From positions 1,531,247 to 1,595,246 of the forward strand of contig JAXLUM010000001.1 in assembly GCA_046329515.1 (NCBI GenBank): a stretch of 64,000 nucleotides of DNA, in the 5' to 3' direction. The notes beneath the pieces are model-generated. The model did not search any database. It was not told where the DNA came from and worked only from the letters and a program-made list of their open reading frames with translations. Shown in pieces: positions 44,001 to 51,260 of the stretch. How positions within the stretch are numbered: position 1 is the first letter of the stretch; each line of letters starts with the position of its first letter. The DNA is from Chitinophagales bacterium (lineage in GTDB: Bacteria > Bacteroidota > Bacteroidia > Chitinophagales > LD1). The translations under genes and the position numbers were made by a program.

Positions 44001-46790
44001 TGCGGAACACGCGCTTCGTACTGCGGTGCCACCTCCATGAGCGGCAGCGGCAGCTTTTGTGATATAGATATTACCACGGGTGCGCACTATGCCTGTTGGT
44101 CATCGGGCCGCAATGGCGTTGTTACCTCAAGCTGTTTTAACAGCAATGGCAGCTCGATTGATTACAGCCCCGACCAAGGCTTTTTAAGTGCCGGTACCCC
44201 GGTAGCTGTTTCTATTGAAAACGGATTGGTAAAATACACGGCAAACAATACACTTGTTTATACAAGCACTGCTTTTACACCAAGTTCGGTATTGCACCCT
44301 GTGCTTAATTACTTCCGCGGTAGTTGCCAACCAAACAGCGGCCAAACATTACGCATAAGCGATATACGTGTACGTAAGTTTACTACAGGTTACAATCCAT
44401 CAGCATCCGTAGGCGCTCAAACTACCCTTAGCTGCACGGCTACCTGGTTAGGTAATACTACGCAGTGGACATCGCCTGCTAACTGGAGCACCGGCATAGT
44501 GCCTAATAGCTGCTCTCATGATGCTGTTATTCCAACTTCACCGGTAGGCGGCTTATTCCCAACTATTGGTTTAGCGGCTATACAGGTAGGTAACTTAACT
44601 GTACAGGATGGCGCTACTATTACCGTAAACAATAACAGCTTAAGCGTTTGCGGCAACTTGGATGGCGGCACTTCCGGCAATGCTGTAATAACCGGCAATG
44701 CCAATGGCAGTTTAGTATTGAATGGCACAATCAATCAGCAGGATATAAGCGGTAAACTGCAGTTGAATACTTTGCGCGTAAATTCTTCAGCAGGTGCAGT
44801 ACTTCAGGGCGCATATGTTGAAATAATGACTGCTGTTGAATTGCAGAACGGTATGCTGAATACGGTGTTGGGAAGCTTACGTTTCCGCAGCACCAGTTCA
44901 AGCCAGATAGCAGTGCTGGATGATTTCAGCAGCGGCTTTACCGGCTTTTTAGTAGGCCCTGTTACCGCAGAGCGTGCATACGATGCAGCAGCTTACCAGG
45001 ATGCCCACTACTTCGGCAGCCCTCTTTCGGGCCCAACGGCGGGCAGCTTAGGTTCAGCTAACGGCTCAGGCGGCTTTGTAACCGCAATGGGCAACTGCGA
45101 TGAAACCCAATTGGCCAACAACAGCCTTTACGGTAATGTTTACAGCTACAACGAGAGCAATGGCGCGAGCTGTAACGTAGCCGGCTGGAAAGTAGAAGCG
45201 GCAAGTACACCACTTGCGGCAGGTAAAGGCTATAGCGTACGTAAAGTAGGTGCAGGTACCCTTGTATTGAATGGTTACGTACAAATTGATCAGTCGTATA
45301 CGCAAACAGGCACCAACAGCAACTGGACCAACACCAGCTTACAGGGAAGACCTACCGTATCGGGCTGGACCATGGTAAGCAACCCTTACCTTGCTACACT
45401 AGACCTTACTACTGCACCAAACCCTAATGGTTACGATGTAGTACATGCTGTATGGAATGCCACCGGCCCTTTTGCCGGTACTTATACTGATGAAGATATT
45501 ATTGCACCGTTCCAGGCCTTCTTTGTAAGAAGAATGACCACCGGCAGCCCTGCTTACCCTATAATGAAAAGCTACCTCACCAGGAGCGTAAGCACTACCT
45601 TCCAGCAACAGAACAATGCAGAAACCATGACGCTGTTTGTAACCAATACCGCTAATGGCTTAAAAGATAAAACAACCGTAGGCTTTAATACCGATGCTAC
45701 CAGCCAGTACGATGGCCAACTGGATGCTTTCAAAATGCCGGGTGCCTTAACCCGCCATACTTTGTATAGCTACAACAGCAACCCACAGGAATGGTTAATG
45801 CGCAACTACAACACCAGCATAGCGCAAACCAGCACCGTAAACGTAGGCTTTGAGCCGGGCGTAAACGGCAACTACAGCATGAACTTTGACGGCTTACAAA
45901 GCTTTGACCCTACCAGCTACATCACCTTAGAAGATAAGAAGCTAAATATTTTCCATGATGTAAGAAGTGGTGACTACAGCTTTACAGCAAGCACCACCGA
46001 CAACTGGAACCGCTTTGTATTGCACTTTACACCTGCAGCTAAGGTAAACACCACTAACGCCAGCTGTGCAGCTCAAGGCCAGATAAGCATAGAGCAACCG
46101 GGCACTGCCAACTGGAACTATACCGTAGCTAACAGCAACAGTGTAGTAGTAAGCAGCGGCAGCTTAAACCAAAGCAATCCTGTAACGGTTAGCGCTACAC
46201 CTGGTGTTTACATCGTAACACTAACTGATGCCAATAACTACACTGTAGTGAAGAACCTGCAGATAACAGGTGCAAGCCCGATAGCTGCTACCATGACTGC
46301 AAGTGCTAACACGGCTGAAACAGGAGAGGACATCAGCTTTACCTCAACAACGGTAAACGCCAGCAGCACAGAATGGAACTTTGGTGACGGAACAAACAGC
46401 CAGTTGGCAAGTGTTACCCACCATTATGCTACAGAAGGAAGCTACAATGTTACCTTAACCGTAAGCAATGCTGATGGATGCAACAGTTGGCAACAACAAA
46501 CTATTGAAGTAACTGCTAAAACCGCTACAGGTATAACAGACCTTAATAACAACAAATTGAACATATGGAGCAATGCCAACCGTGTGTATGTTGACTTCAG
46601 CAAGTTTAAGACTGTAGAAGCCACTGTAAATATTTACAATGTGCTTGGCCAGCAGTTAAGCAGCGAACAGGTAACCAACAGCAGTGTTTACAGCCACCCG
46701 CTTAATAATACTGAAGTAGGTTATGTGCTTGTAAATGTAAAAACGGAGAGCGGTATACTGACTAAAAAACTACTGATTACAAACGAGTAA
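41097..46790 (+). CDS. giant T9SS type-A cargo protein (delta-60/DUF5122-like propeller repeats, MopE-like motifs, DUF2341-like, LamG-like, shared C-terminal module, PKD, Por_Secre_tail CTD)
   Basis: 1897-aa intact ORF with signal peptide LLFLLFFAMATQAQT. About a dozen ~55-60 aa repeats (LY[IV]GG.F..[VI]GG..R...AA[IV]D..TG....WNPN.N..V.A[LI]) span about 41190-43160. The MopE-like stretch is DADNDGYY...GDCDDNN...DADGDGYTNG...VDCDDN. The DUF2341-like stretch is GWTYSRPISITA...GADLRFRD...YYIESWNTSGNSVIWVSVP...LTMYYGN. The C-terminus ends VNIYNVLGQQLSSEQ...GYVLVNVKTESGILTKKLLITNE. Confidence 0.9.
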   Translation: MKSKLYSLLFLLFFAMATQAQTTVLDSSWFVTNGNVNTLMKDGNTLYMGGTFTYIGLQKGAYGLPLNTATNTADFNYLKPDGPVYAVVSDGSGGWYIGGAFTAIGGVSRASLAHILANGSLDTWNPNIPGHVNTLNLDGTTIYVGGAFNQVGGTAVSNYAAISTTTGLTVGTQFSFDADILSIQRSGSTLYIGGIFTTVNGYARSGVAVVTSGGTVSSLTADAGGIVVCLLYDNNTLYVGGNFTTLQGAARSNAGAIDLTTGLVTSWNPATNNTVSSLAVDGSNVYIGGSFTTVSGFSKPGIAALTTSGTPTGWTPSVSGTVLCITISGGTMYIGGNFSTTGTTRLNFAAIDINSAAITSTALNTNNAVNALAVNGNTVYVGGMFNSSGGEFRSKAAAVDLTTRTITNWNPNVGSGSVNSIAVGSSAVYLGGLFTNVGGTTRSNLAVVNKSTGALNLSWNPGANATVNALVLSGSALYVGGAFTVLGGGPRSRLGAVITTTGALDTWNPNVSSTVNALTLDGATLYIGGAFASVGGLARNRAAAYDLITKTLYSWNPNANNTVNAIAVSSSEVYLGGVFSTMGGLPSLGLAAVSKATGGLSGSMPLPNSSVTALAVSNNTLYVGGNFLTVGGLSRTRAAAIDLSTKNVTSWSFPFNNTVSSIAASGSSAYLGGTFTTVSGLAKQSLAAIGQAITWYLDADNDGYYVSTQTVLGNPGTGWTSTLPSGGSGDCDDNNSAVWRSSLLYIDADGDGYTNGKATVCYGNTAPAGYSFTTKGVDCDDNTASAANNCPGTAPACTGWTYSRPISITATPSNYYQVPVTLSAGQYGNMQANGADLRFRDAADNNCTYYIESWNTSGNSVIWVSVPVAGTTSLTMYYGNGAASAASDVEGTFILYDDFSGAALNTLKWDAKTGTNSSVTVTGGELVLSPGTIDNQGAQVIAKAGFLPSAGAIVETTIGTGGTAPSTLCGTRASYCGATSMSGSGSFCDIDITTGAHYACWSSGRNGVVTSSCFNSNGSSIDYSPDQGFLSAGTPVAVSIENGLVKYTANNTLVYTSTAFTPSSVLHPVLNYFRGSCQPNSGQTLRISDIRVRKFTTGYNPSASVGAQTTLSCTATWLGNTTQWTSPANWSTGIVPNSCSHDAVIPTSPVGGLFPTIGLAAIQVGNLTVQDGATITVNNNSLSVCGNLDGGTSGNAVITGNANGSLVLNGTINQQDISGKLQLNTLRVNSSAGAVLQGAYVEIMTAVELQNGMLNTVLGSLRFRSTSSSQIAVLDDFSSGFTGFLVGPVTAERAYDAAAYQDAHYFGSPLSGPTAGSLGSANGSGGFVTAMGNCDETQLANNSLYGNVYSYNESNGASCNVAGWKVEAASTPLAAGKGYSVRKVGAGTLVLNGYVQIDQSYTQTGTNSNWTNTSLQGRPTVSGWTMVSNPYLATLDLTTAPNPNGYDVVHAVWNATGPFAGTYTDEDIIAPFQAFFVRRMTTGSPAYPIMKSYLTRSVSTTFQQQNNAETMTLFVTNTANGLKDKTTVGFNTDATSQYDGQLDAFKMPGALTRHTLYSYNSNPQEWLMRNYNTSIAQTSTVNVGFEPGVNGNYSMNFDGLQSFDPTSYITLEDKKLNIFHDVRSGDYSFTASTTDNWNRFVLHFTPAAKVNTTNASCAAQGQISIEQPGTANWNYTVANSNSVVVSSGSLNQSNPVTVSATPGVYIVTLTDANNYTVVKNLQITGASPIAATMTASANTAETGEDISFTSTTVNASSTEWNFGDGTNSQLASVTHHYATEGSYNVTLTVSNADGCNSWQQQTIEVTAKTATGITDLNNNKLNIWSNANRVYVDFSKFKTVEATVNIYNVLGQQLSSEQVTNSSVYSHPLNNTEVGYVLVNVKTESGILTKKLLITNE
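44436..46790 (+). repeat. paralogous C-terminal module, copy B (partner of 21784-24114)
   Basis: See copy A. Roughly three quarters of aligned residues look identical by eye (not computed). The similarity continues past the stop codon into the terminator region. Confidence 0.9.
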
Positions 46791-46814
46791 TTTAAAGAAG
46801 CCCATTAATACAAG

Positions 46815-46845
46815 GCCCTGAGCAGAAAAGCGAGGGGCTTTTTTA
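46815..46845 (+). terminator. probable rho-independent terminator, a degenerate homologue of the one at 24137-24169
   Basis: aaggccctgagcagaaaagcgaggggctttttt aligns with aaggccccaagcgtaaagcaaggggcctttttt. The stem here is only 5 bp (gccct/ggggc, one G-U pair) before tttttt. Confidence 0.5.
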
Positions 46846-47043
46846 TTTTATGGATGCCCATGCAGGATGTTTTTACTTAAATCAAAGTTGTATAGTTTGG
46901 GTGGAATTGGGGTGGTCTTAGTAGAGTTCGATAAGTTAAGCCCGAGCGGATGCTAGAGCCAGTTGAGATTATTCTGAATCCCGGAGGCGGTCATGTTAAT
47001 GTTTCATATATTGTAATAACGTTACTAGTAAAAAAAAGATTTC

Positions 47044-48135
47044 ATGCTGGCAGTAATAAGAGTGCATATAAAAAATATTAAGCCATTTCCTAACTCGCCG
47101 GGGCCTGTGCCCATGCTATCGGATCAGGAAACCAGAGATGCTATGGATGAAAACATCCCTTTTAGCCTTGGTCATTTTTGTAAGCTTAACACTTTTGGAA
47201 CGCATTTACCTAAGCCTTTCACAATTTTCCCGGTAATTGAGATTAATGATCCGGGCGGAAATTACTTCCGAAACAAAGATTTGGTTGATTTAATTATTCG
47301 CGAAGTAACAGGTGCACATCTGCCAGATTGGAAAATCTTTACAGGGATAATAGTTCTTATTGATTATTTTAATTCGAATGATGATACAGGCGGATTTACC
47401 GGTGGCGCGGATGTGCCGGAAATTATATTCCCCTTTTGGTATTTAGTCTTCCTTTTTCGAAAGAAGATTCCGATAAGTATTTGTCCTATAGTGAAGAAAC
47501 CCAATAGAGAGTTTCCCTCACAGGCTATTTACCATGAGTATTTACACTCTATAGGTTATGGACATGTATTTGGTTTAAATGGGCAGGAGGCGAATCTTTA
47601 TGGTTTTTGCAGAATGAGCAGTAGCCTGGTATCATTAAGTGCGGCTCATTTCTACAGCGCCAACATGCTAAACTTTAAAAAGCCACCCATTGGCTCCACG
47701 TCAGGACTAAATCCTTTGAATGTTTTGGGGTTACTAATTCAACAAAGGATATTAGAATTCAGTTGTCCTGACCATAAGGTTTGTATGCAACTGCGGTTAA
47801 CGGCTTTAGACGAGGCTCAAACTGCCCATGATTGGGCGCAGCAGGTGTTTTTACTGGTTATCCACGGTAAACAGACCTATGGTAAACGATTTTTTATAGA
47901 ACTAAGACGCAAGAATAAAGCAAGCTACGATGAGCAAATACCACACGATTTATCACTGGTAATACATTCTTTTGATCCCTCAAAAAATGCTTACGCAAAT
48001 TTTATTTTTGAAGGCGAAATGGAAATTTCGGCGGGGAAACACCAGTATACCCAGAAGGACTGGCCCTTTGAAATTACAGTACTCAGAATTCCGGCGGACC
48101 ATAAGTTTGTAGAACTAAAAGTTTGTGGAAAGTAG
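47044..48135 (+). CDS. hypothetical protein with a metzincin-type zinc-binding motif (HEYLHSIGYGH)
   Basis: 363-aa ORF (alternative start at 47113, MLSDQETRD...). It matches HExxHxxGxxH exactly and has no signal peptide. I recognise no other family features. Confidence 0.55.
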   Translation: MLAVIRVHIKNIKPFPNSPGPVPMLSDQETRDAMDENIPFSLGHFCKLNTFGTHLPKPFTIFPVIEINDPGGNYFRNKDLVDLIIREVTGAHLPDWKIFTGIIVLIDYFNSNDDTGGFTGGADVPEIIFPFWYLVFLFRKKIPISICPIVKKPNREFPSQAIYHEYLHSIGYGHVFGLNGQEANLYGFCRMSSSLVSLSAAHFYSANMLNFKKPPIGSTSGLNPLNVLGLLIQQRILEFSCPDHKVCMQLRLTALDEAQTAHDWAQQVFLLVIHGKQTYGKRFFIELRRKNKASYDEQIPHDLSLVIHSFDPSKNAYANFIFEGEMEISAGKHQYTQKDWPFEITVLRIPADHKFVELKVCGK

Positions 48136-48253
48136 TAGGTTTTTGTTATTGTTCGTGCGACTACTATGATGAATCTATAGAAGAAGAGGAAGGAGCAAGC
48201 CGAAGGAGTAAAAAAAACGAAGAGTTTTTAAGGCTTAAAAATGGATTGGTATT

Positions 48254-48787
48254 TTAAGCATTGGACGTATGGCGTTTCATCCACCACATAATCATTAAAA
48301 GAATTAAGCCGTAGGTGAAGCCAACGGTAATTACTGAGTGATGCATGGCAAACATGGCTGCCGGTTGATTGGCCATAACCCAGCACAGAAACACCAGGCG
48401 CGTTAGGTTAATAAACACTATGCCGGCCAGGCCCAGCGGAATAAACCACAATTTTTCGGTAAGGGTGCCTTTAAAAGTTGCAATGCAGGCCACAAAAATA
48501 ACGCAGGCAGGTATGGCACAACAATGCTCAAGCACAGCAATGCTTTTGCCGCTATCGGTAAGGTATACATAAATGGTTTCTACCTTTGCACGCATACCAA
48601 TCATATGCAGCACTGCACCGGTTGCATTTGCGTAGGCAGTACTAATTGAAAGTACGAGCTTATCCCATACTATGCCAAGAGCGGTACCATCCTGGTCAGC
48701 AAAAAAATAGAACAGTTTCCACAATAGGTAAACCGCAACAATTTTTGCCGGAACAGCAATTTTTTCGTCCTTAAATAATTGAAACAT
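48254..48787 (-). CDS. exosortase/archaeosortase-family membrane protein (short, XrtF-sized)
   Basis: 177-aa polytopic ORF. The Cys/Arg/His landmarks occur in the expected order and context: AVLEHCCAIPACVIFVACIATF, GIVFINLTRLVFLCWV, FAMHHSVITVGFTYG. It lies next to a gene with a PEP-CTERM-style tail. Confidence 0.7.
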   Translation of the reverse strand: MFQLFKDEKIAVPAKIVAVYLLWKLFYFFADQDGTALGIVWDKLVLSISTAYANATGAVLHMIGMRAKVETIYVYLTDSGKSIAVLEHCCAIPACVIFVACIATFKGTLTEKLWFIPLGLAGIVFINLTRLVFLCWVMANQPAAMFAMHHSVITVGFTYGLILLMIMWWMKRHTSNA

Positions 48788-48806
48788 GTTGTAATCGGGC
48801 TAAAAT

Positions 48807-48836
48807 AAAAACTGCCGTGTTTCCACAGCAGTTTTT
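48807..48836 (-). terminator. hairpin terminator or attenuator between the precursor gene and the exosortase-like gene
   Basis: On the minus strand the sequence reads aaaaactgctgtg-gaaa-cacggcagttttt, a 13-bp stem with one mismatch, followed by attttag. It lies 19 bp after the precursor stop and 20 bp before the exosortase-like ATG. Confidence 0.6.
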
Positions 48837-48854
48837 ATGGGTAGAGTTATAAGG

Positions 48855-49064
48855 TTATTCGCCTTTTTTTGCTTTAAGACGTTTGTAGGCATAGCCTGCA
48901 GCACCCACCAACAATAAACTGGCGCCGCCGTCAATTGGAGCACCGCTGGCCGGTGGTTGGCCTTGTGGCTGGCCGCCACCGCTAGGTGGAGCCTGTGCAA
49001 TCAGGGCTTGCGTAGTAAATATAAAACCTGCTATGGCGATAAGTTGAAGCAACTTCTTTTTCAT
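48855..49064 (-). CDS. 69-aa precursor with a Sec signal peptide, Pro/Gly/Gln linker and a PEP-CTERM-class sorting tail (PIDGG motif / TM helix / KRLKAKK)
   Basis: The sequence splits into three parts: MKKKLLQLIAIAGFIFTTQALIAQA, then PPSGGGQPQGQPPASGA, then PIDGGASLLLVGAAGYAYKRLKAKKGE. I preferred it over the overlapping 48800-49000 ORF because of this clear tripartite architecture. Confidence 0.7.
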   Translation of the reverse strand: MKKKLLQLIAIAGFIFTTQALIAQAPPSGGGQPQGQPPASGAPIDGGASLLLVGAAGYAYKRLKAKKGE

Positions 49065-49099
49065 GTTTTTTGTTTTTAATGTCTTTTGAATAAAAGGTT

Positions 49100-50800
49100 T
49101 TAGTTCATTACCACTTTAGCTACAGTGCTGTTTTTGCCTTCTGTAACTTTTACCATTAAATAGCCTGAGGTGCTCAGGTAGCTAAGGTCAATGGCTTCAT
49201 TAGTGTTGGCAATGTTATACCTGGCCAACAGGCGACCTAAAACGTCAGTTACTTCTACAGAAGCGTTGGTAGCATTGTCTCTGTTTACGTAAAGCACATG
49301 ATTAAACATGTATACATTGGTATTGCTTAAAGTATTGGCAATACCGGTAGCTTCTGCCTTAAAGGTGATAGAATAGCGACCATCTACAGTAGTGTTAGCA
49401 GGCAGGGTGATGCTGGCAGAACCGCTGCTAAGGTTAGTGTAGGTGTTGGTTTGGTTATCTTTAAGATAAACAGAAAGGCCGTTAGTTTGGTTTTCAGTAA
49501 GCGCCACGGTGTATGTTCCGGCTGCATTAACCATAAACGATACCGGCATTTCAGTTTGGGCAGTAATGTCACTAAGGTTATTGATAACGTAGTATTTGCT
49601 GTTTTTGCTGAAGTAAGCATTTAAGTTACTTGCTGCTGCAAATGCTTCAGAGCCGGCATAATTAGCATCAGTACCGGTGTAAGCCACCATATCGTTCCAA
49701 TCAGTACCATTACTTAAGTTAATACGCACCAGGTTTGAAACTGTATTTGTTTTATAGAGTTGTGAAGCATTACCGGTAAGCATGGTATTACCGAATGTAA
49801 TTGGGGCGCCGCCGTTTTGTAAAAAGAAGCCCTGGCCCGGAGCAGCGTAAATAGATGCACCACCTGTGGTAACACCGGCACCATCTACAGTTCCCCAAGT
49901 ACCGGAAAACTGGCCATTAGCATGGAAAAGATAGGCAGATGATACAGGGTTGAAGTTTATAAACTGCTGTAAGTCCAAAGTTCCAGGGTATGGGTTGGCA
50001 AACAAATCCCAACCGCTTGGGCCGGGCAGTGATGGAGGAGAGATAAAGCCTGAATTCCAGATAGCACCCGGAGTGCTTACAAAGTTAGCGCCTAGTGTGC
50101 CGGGAGCGTCTAACCTGAAGGCATAACCTTTACCATTATCCATAATTGCTGATGGGTTGGTAAAGCTTATGAAGCCGTGGTTCCAGTTAATGCCGGGGCC
50201 AGCGGTTGCAGGGTTAAAGCGCTGCACGTTAGGATATGGGCTATAGCTGTAAAAACAGTCCAAACCGTTACCACCCTGCACAGTAAACCCGTTGGTAGAA
50301 AGGTCCAGGTCATTTAAAGTTCCGTTATTAACAATAGAACCCCAATGGCGGTAGCCCGCATTAGTGTTGTTGTTGTCCTGAATAAGAACCATTTTGCCGC
50401 TGCCACCGTTGGTTACGTTGCCATCAATAGAAACACCACCGGGGCTGGTTCCATTATTAAATACGAAGAAGTTGCCCGAAGAAGGACCCATTACCACGTT
50501 TCCGCTTACAGTTAAAAATCCATCCACGGCAAAGTCGCCACCGGTTACGGTTAGGTTATTACATACAGCGGTGATGTTGTTGTTAAATACCCTTGCTGTA
50601 TAAGAAGGGTTTCCGGGAATGATAACATTATCAGAAGAAGTTGGTACGCCGGAAGGAGTCCAGTTGTTAGCGTTGGCCCAATCGTTATGGTTAGGACCTT
50701 GTGAATAGTTAAAGGTTTTTTGAGCAACCGAAAGTGTAGTAACACTAAACAGTATAACAAGTGCTGCAAACCATTTTAACGGGTAGTTTTTTTGTTGCAT
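49100..50800 (-). CDS. T9SS type-A cargo protein, a stand-alone diverged copy of the module shared by the two giant proteins
   Basis: 566-aa ORF with a signal peptide (FAALVILFSVTTLSVAQ). NHNDWANANNWTPSGVPTSSDNVIIPGN matches NNDWSLAGNWSIGVPVGCQDVVIPNT. GKGYAFRL matches GKGYSVRK. GWDLFANPYPGTLDL matches GWTMVSNPYLATLDL. APGQGFFLQ matches APFQAFFVRR. The C-terminus VTDVLGRLLARYNI...GYLMVKVTEGKNSTVAKVVMN is a type-A CTD. Confidence 0.8.
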   Translation of the reverse strand: MQQKNYPLKWFAALVILFSVTTLSVAQKTFNYSQGPNHNDWANANNWTPSGVPTSSDNVIIPGNPSYTARVFNNNITAVCNNLTVTGGDFAVDGFLTVSGNVVMGPSSGNFFVFNNGTSPGGVSIDGNVTNGGSGKMVLIQDNNNTNAGYRHWGSIVNNGTLNDLDLSTNGFTVQGGNGLDCFYSYSPYPNVQRFNPATAGPGINWNHGFISFTNPSAIMDNGKGYAFRLDAPGTLGANFVSTPGAIWNSGFISPPSLPGPSGWDLFANPYPGTLDLQQFINFNPVSSAYLFHANGQFSGTWGTVDGAGVTTGGASIYAAPGQGFFLQNGGAPITFGNTMLTGNASQLYKTNTVSNLVRINLSNGTDWNDMVAYTGTDANYAGSEAFAAASNLNAYFSKNSKYYVINNLSDITAQTEMPVSFMVNAAGTYTVALTENQTNGLSVYLKDNQTNTYTNLSSGSASITLPANTTVDGRYSITFKAEATGIANTLSNTNVYMFNHVLYVNRDNATNASVEVTDVLGRLLARYNIANTNEAIDLSYLSTSGYLMVKVTEGKNSTVAKVVMN

Positions 50801-51082
50801 AAATCTTTTTTTGGGGTTATATGTGATGTAAAAATAGTTTCAAGTTCATTCTGAACAAAAGAAAGGGATGAAGCAGGGGTTTTCTGGGATGGGCGGAAAA
50901 ATCGCCAAGAAGATGAATTGTATTTAATATGAAATTTATTTTATGTAGCGTGAAAAGCCCTTTTTTTGCACCTATTTATAGGAGATGCGAATGAGGTTTA
51001 CTACATATTTCACAAGTAATGGGCCGTTGAGGATAAGAGGGGCTTGGCATGGGAGGGGAGGATGATAGTTAGGTGCTGGCCA

Positions 51083-51125
51083 TTGTCTAGTCTTCGACAA
51101 GCTCAGACTGACAATTGCCATTGTT
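51083..51125 (+). repeat. repeat A, copy 1 (left edge of the small-ORF array)
   Basis: The sequence ttgtctagtcttcgacaagctcagactgacaattgccattgtt contains the inverted pair agtct/agact. It resembles the FDKLR-encoding REP-like elements common in Bacteroidota. Confidence 0.8.
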
Positions 51126-51133
51126 CTGTTTTT

Positions 51134-51225
51134 AGCGGCCAGTGCAGCAACCCAAGCCATTTTTATCTACAGGTAAAGCTGTGTATTTTGTATGATGTAG
51201 GCAAAGCCTAGGCCGAGTAGGAACG
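51134..51225 (+). repeat. intergenic module R, copy 1 (core 51176-51192)
   Basis: agcggccagtgcagcaacccaagccatttttatctacaggtaAAGCTGTGTATTTTGTAtgatgtaggcaaagcctaggccgagtaggaac. It ends 36 bp before the ATG at 51261. Confidence 0.85.
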
Positions 51226-51260
51226 GAATAGCTAATAGTAAAAATTAAATAGTTTAAACT

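Noticed and set aside
48800-49000. A 66-aa minus-strand ORF overlapping the PID-tail precursor gene in another frame
   Set aside because: It has no signal peptide or recognisable architecture. The alternative frame (48855-49064) gives a textbook signal peptide plus sorting tail.
50972-51160. A 62-aa minus-strand ORF (MAWVAALAAKNRTMAIVSLSLSKTRQWP...). The same applies to the 62-aa ORF at 54936-55124 and the 100-aa ORF at 52356-52658.
   Set aside because: They read through repeat A or module R sequence or overlap better-supported genes. The 'VSLSLSK' peptide is the well-known translation artefact of this kind of intergenic repeat.
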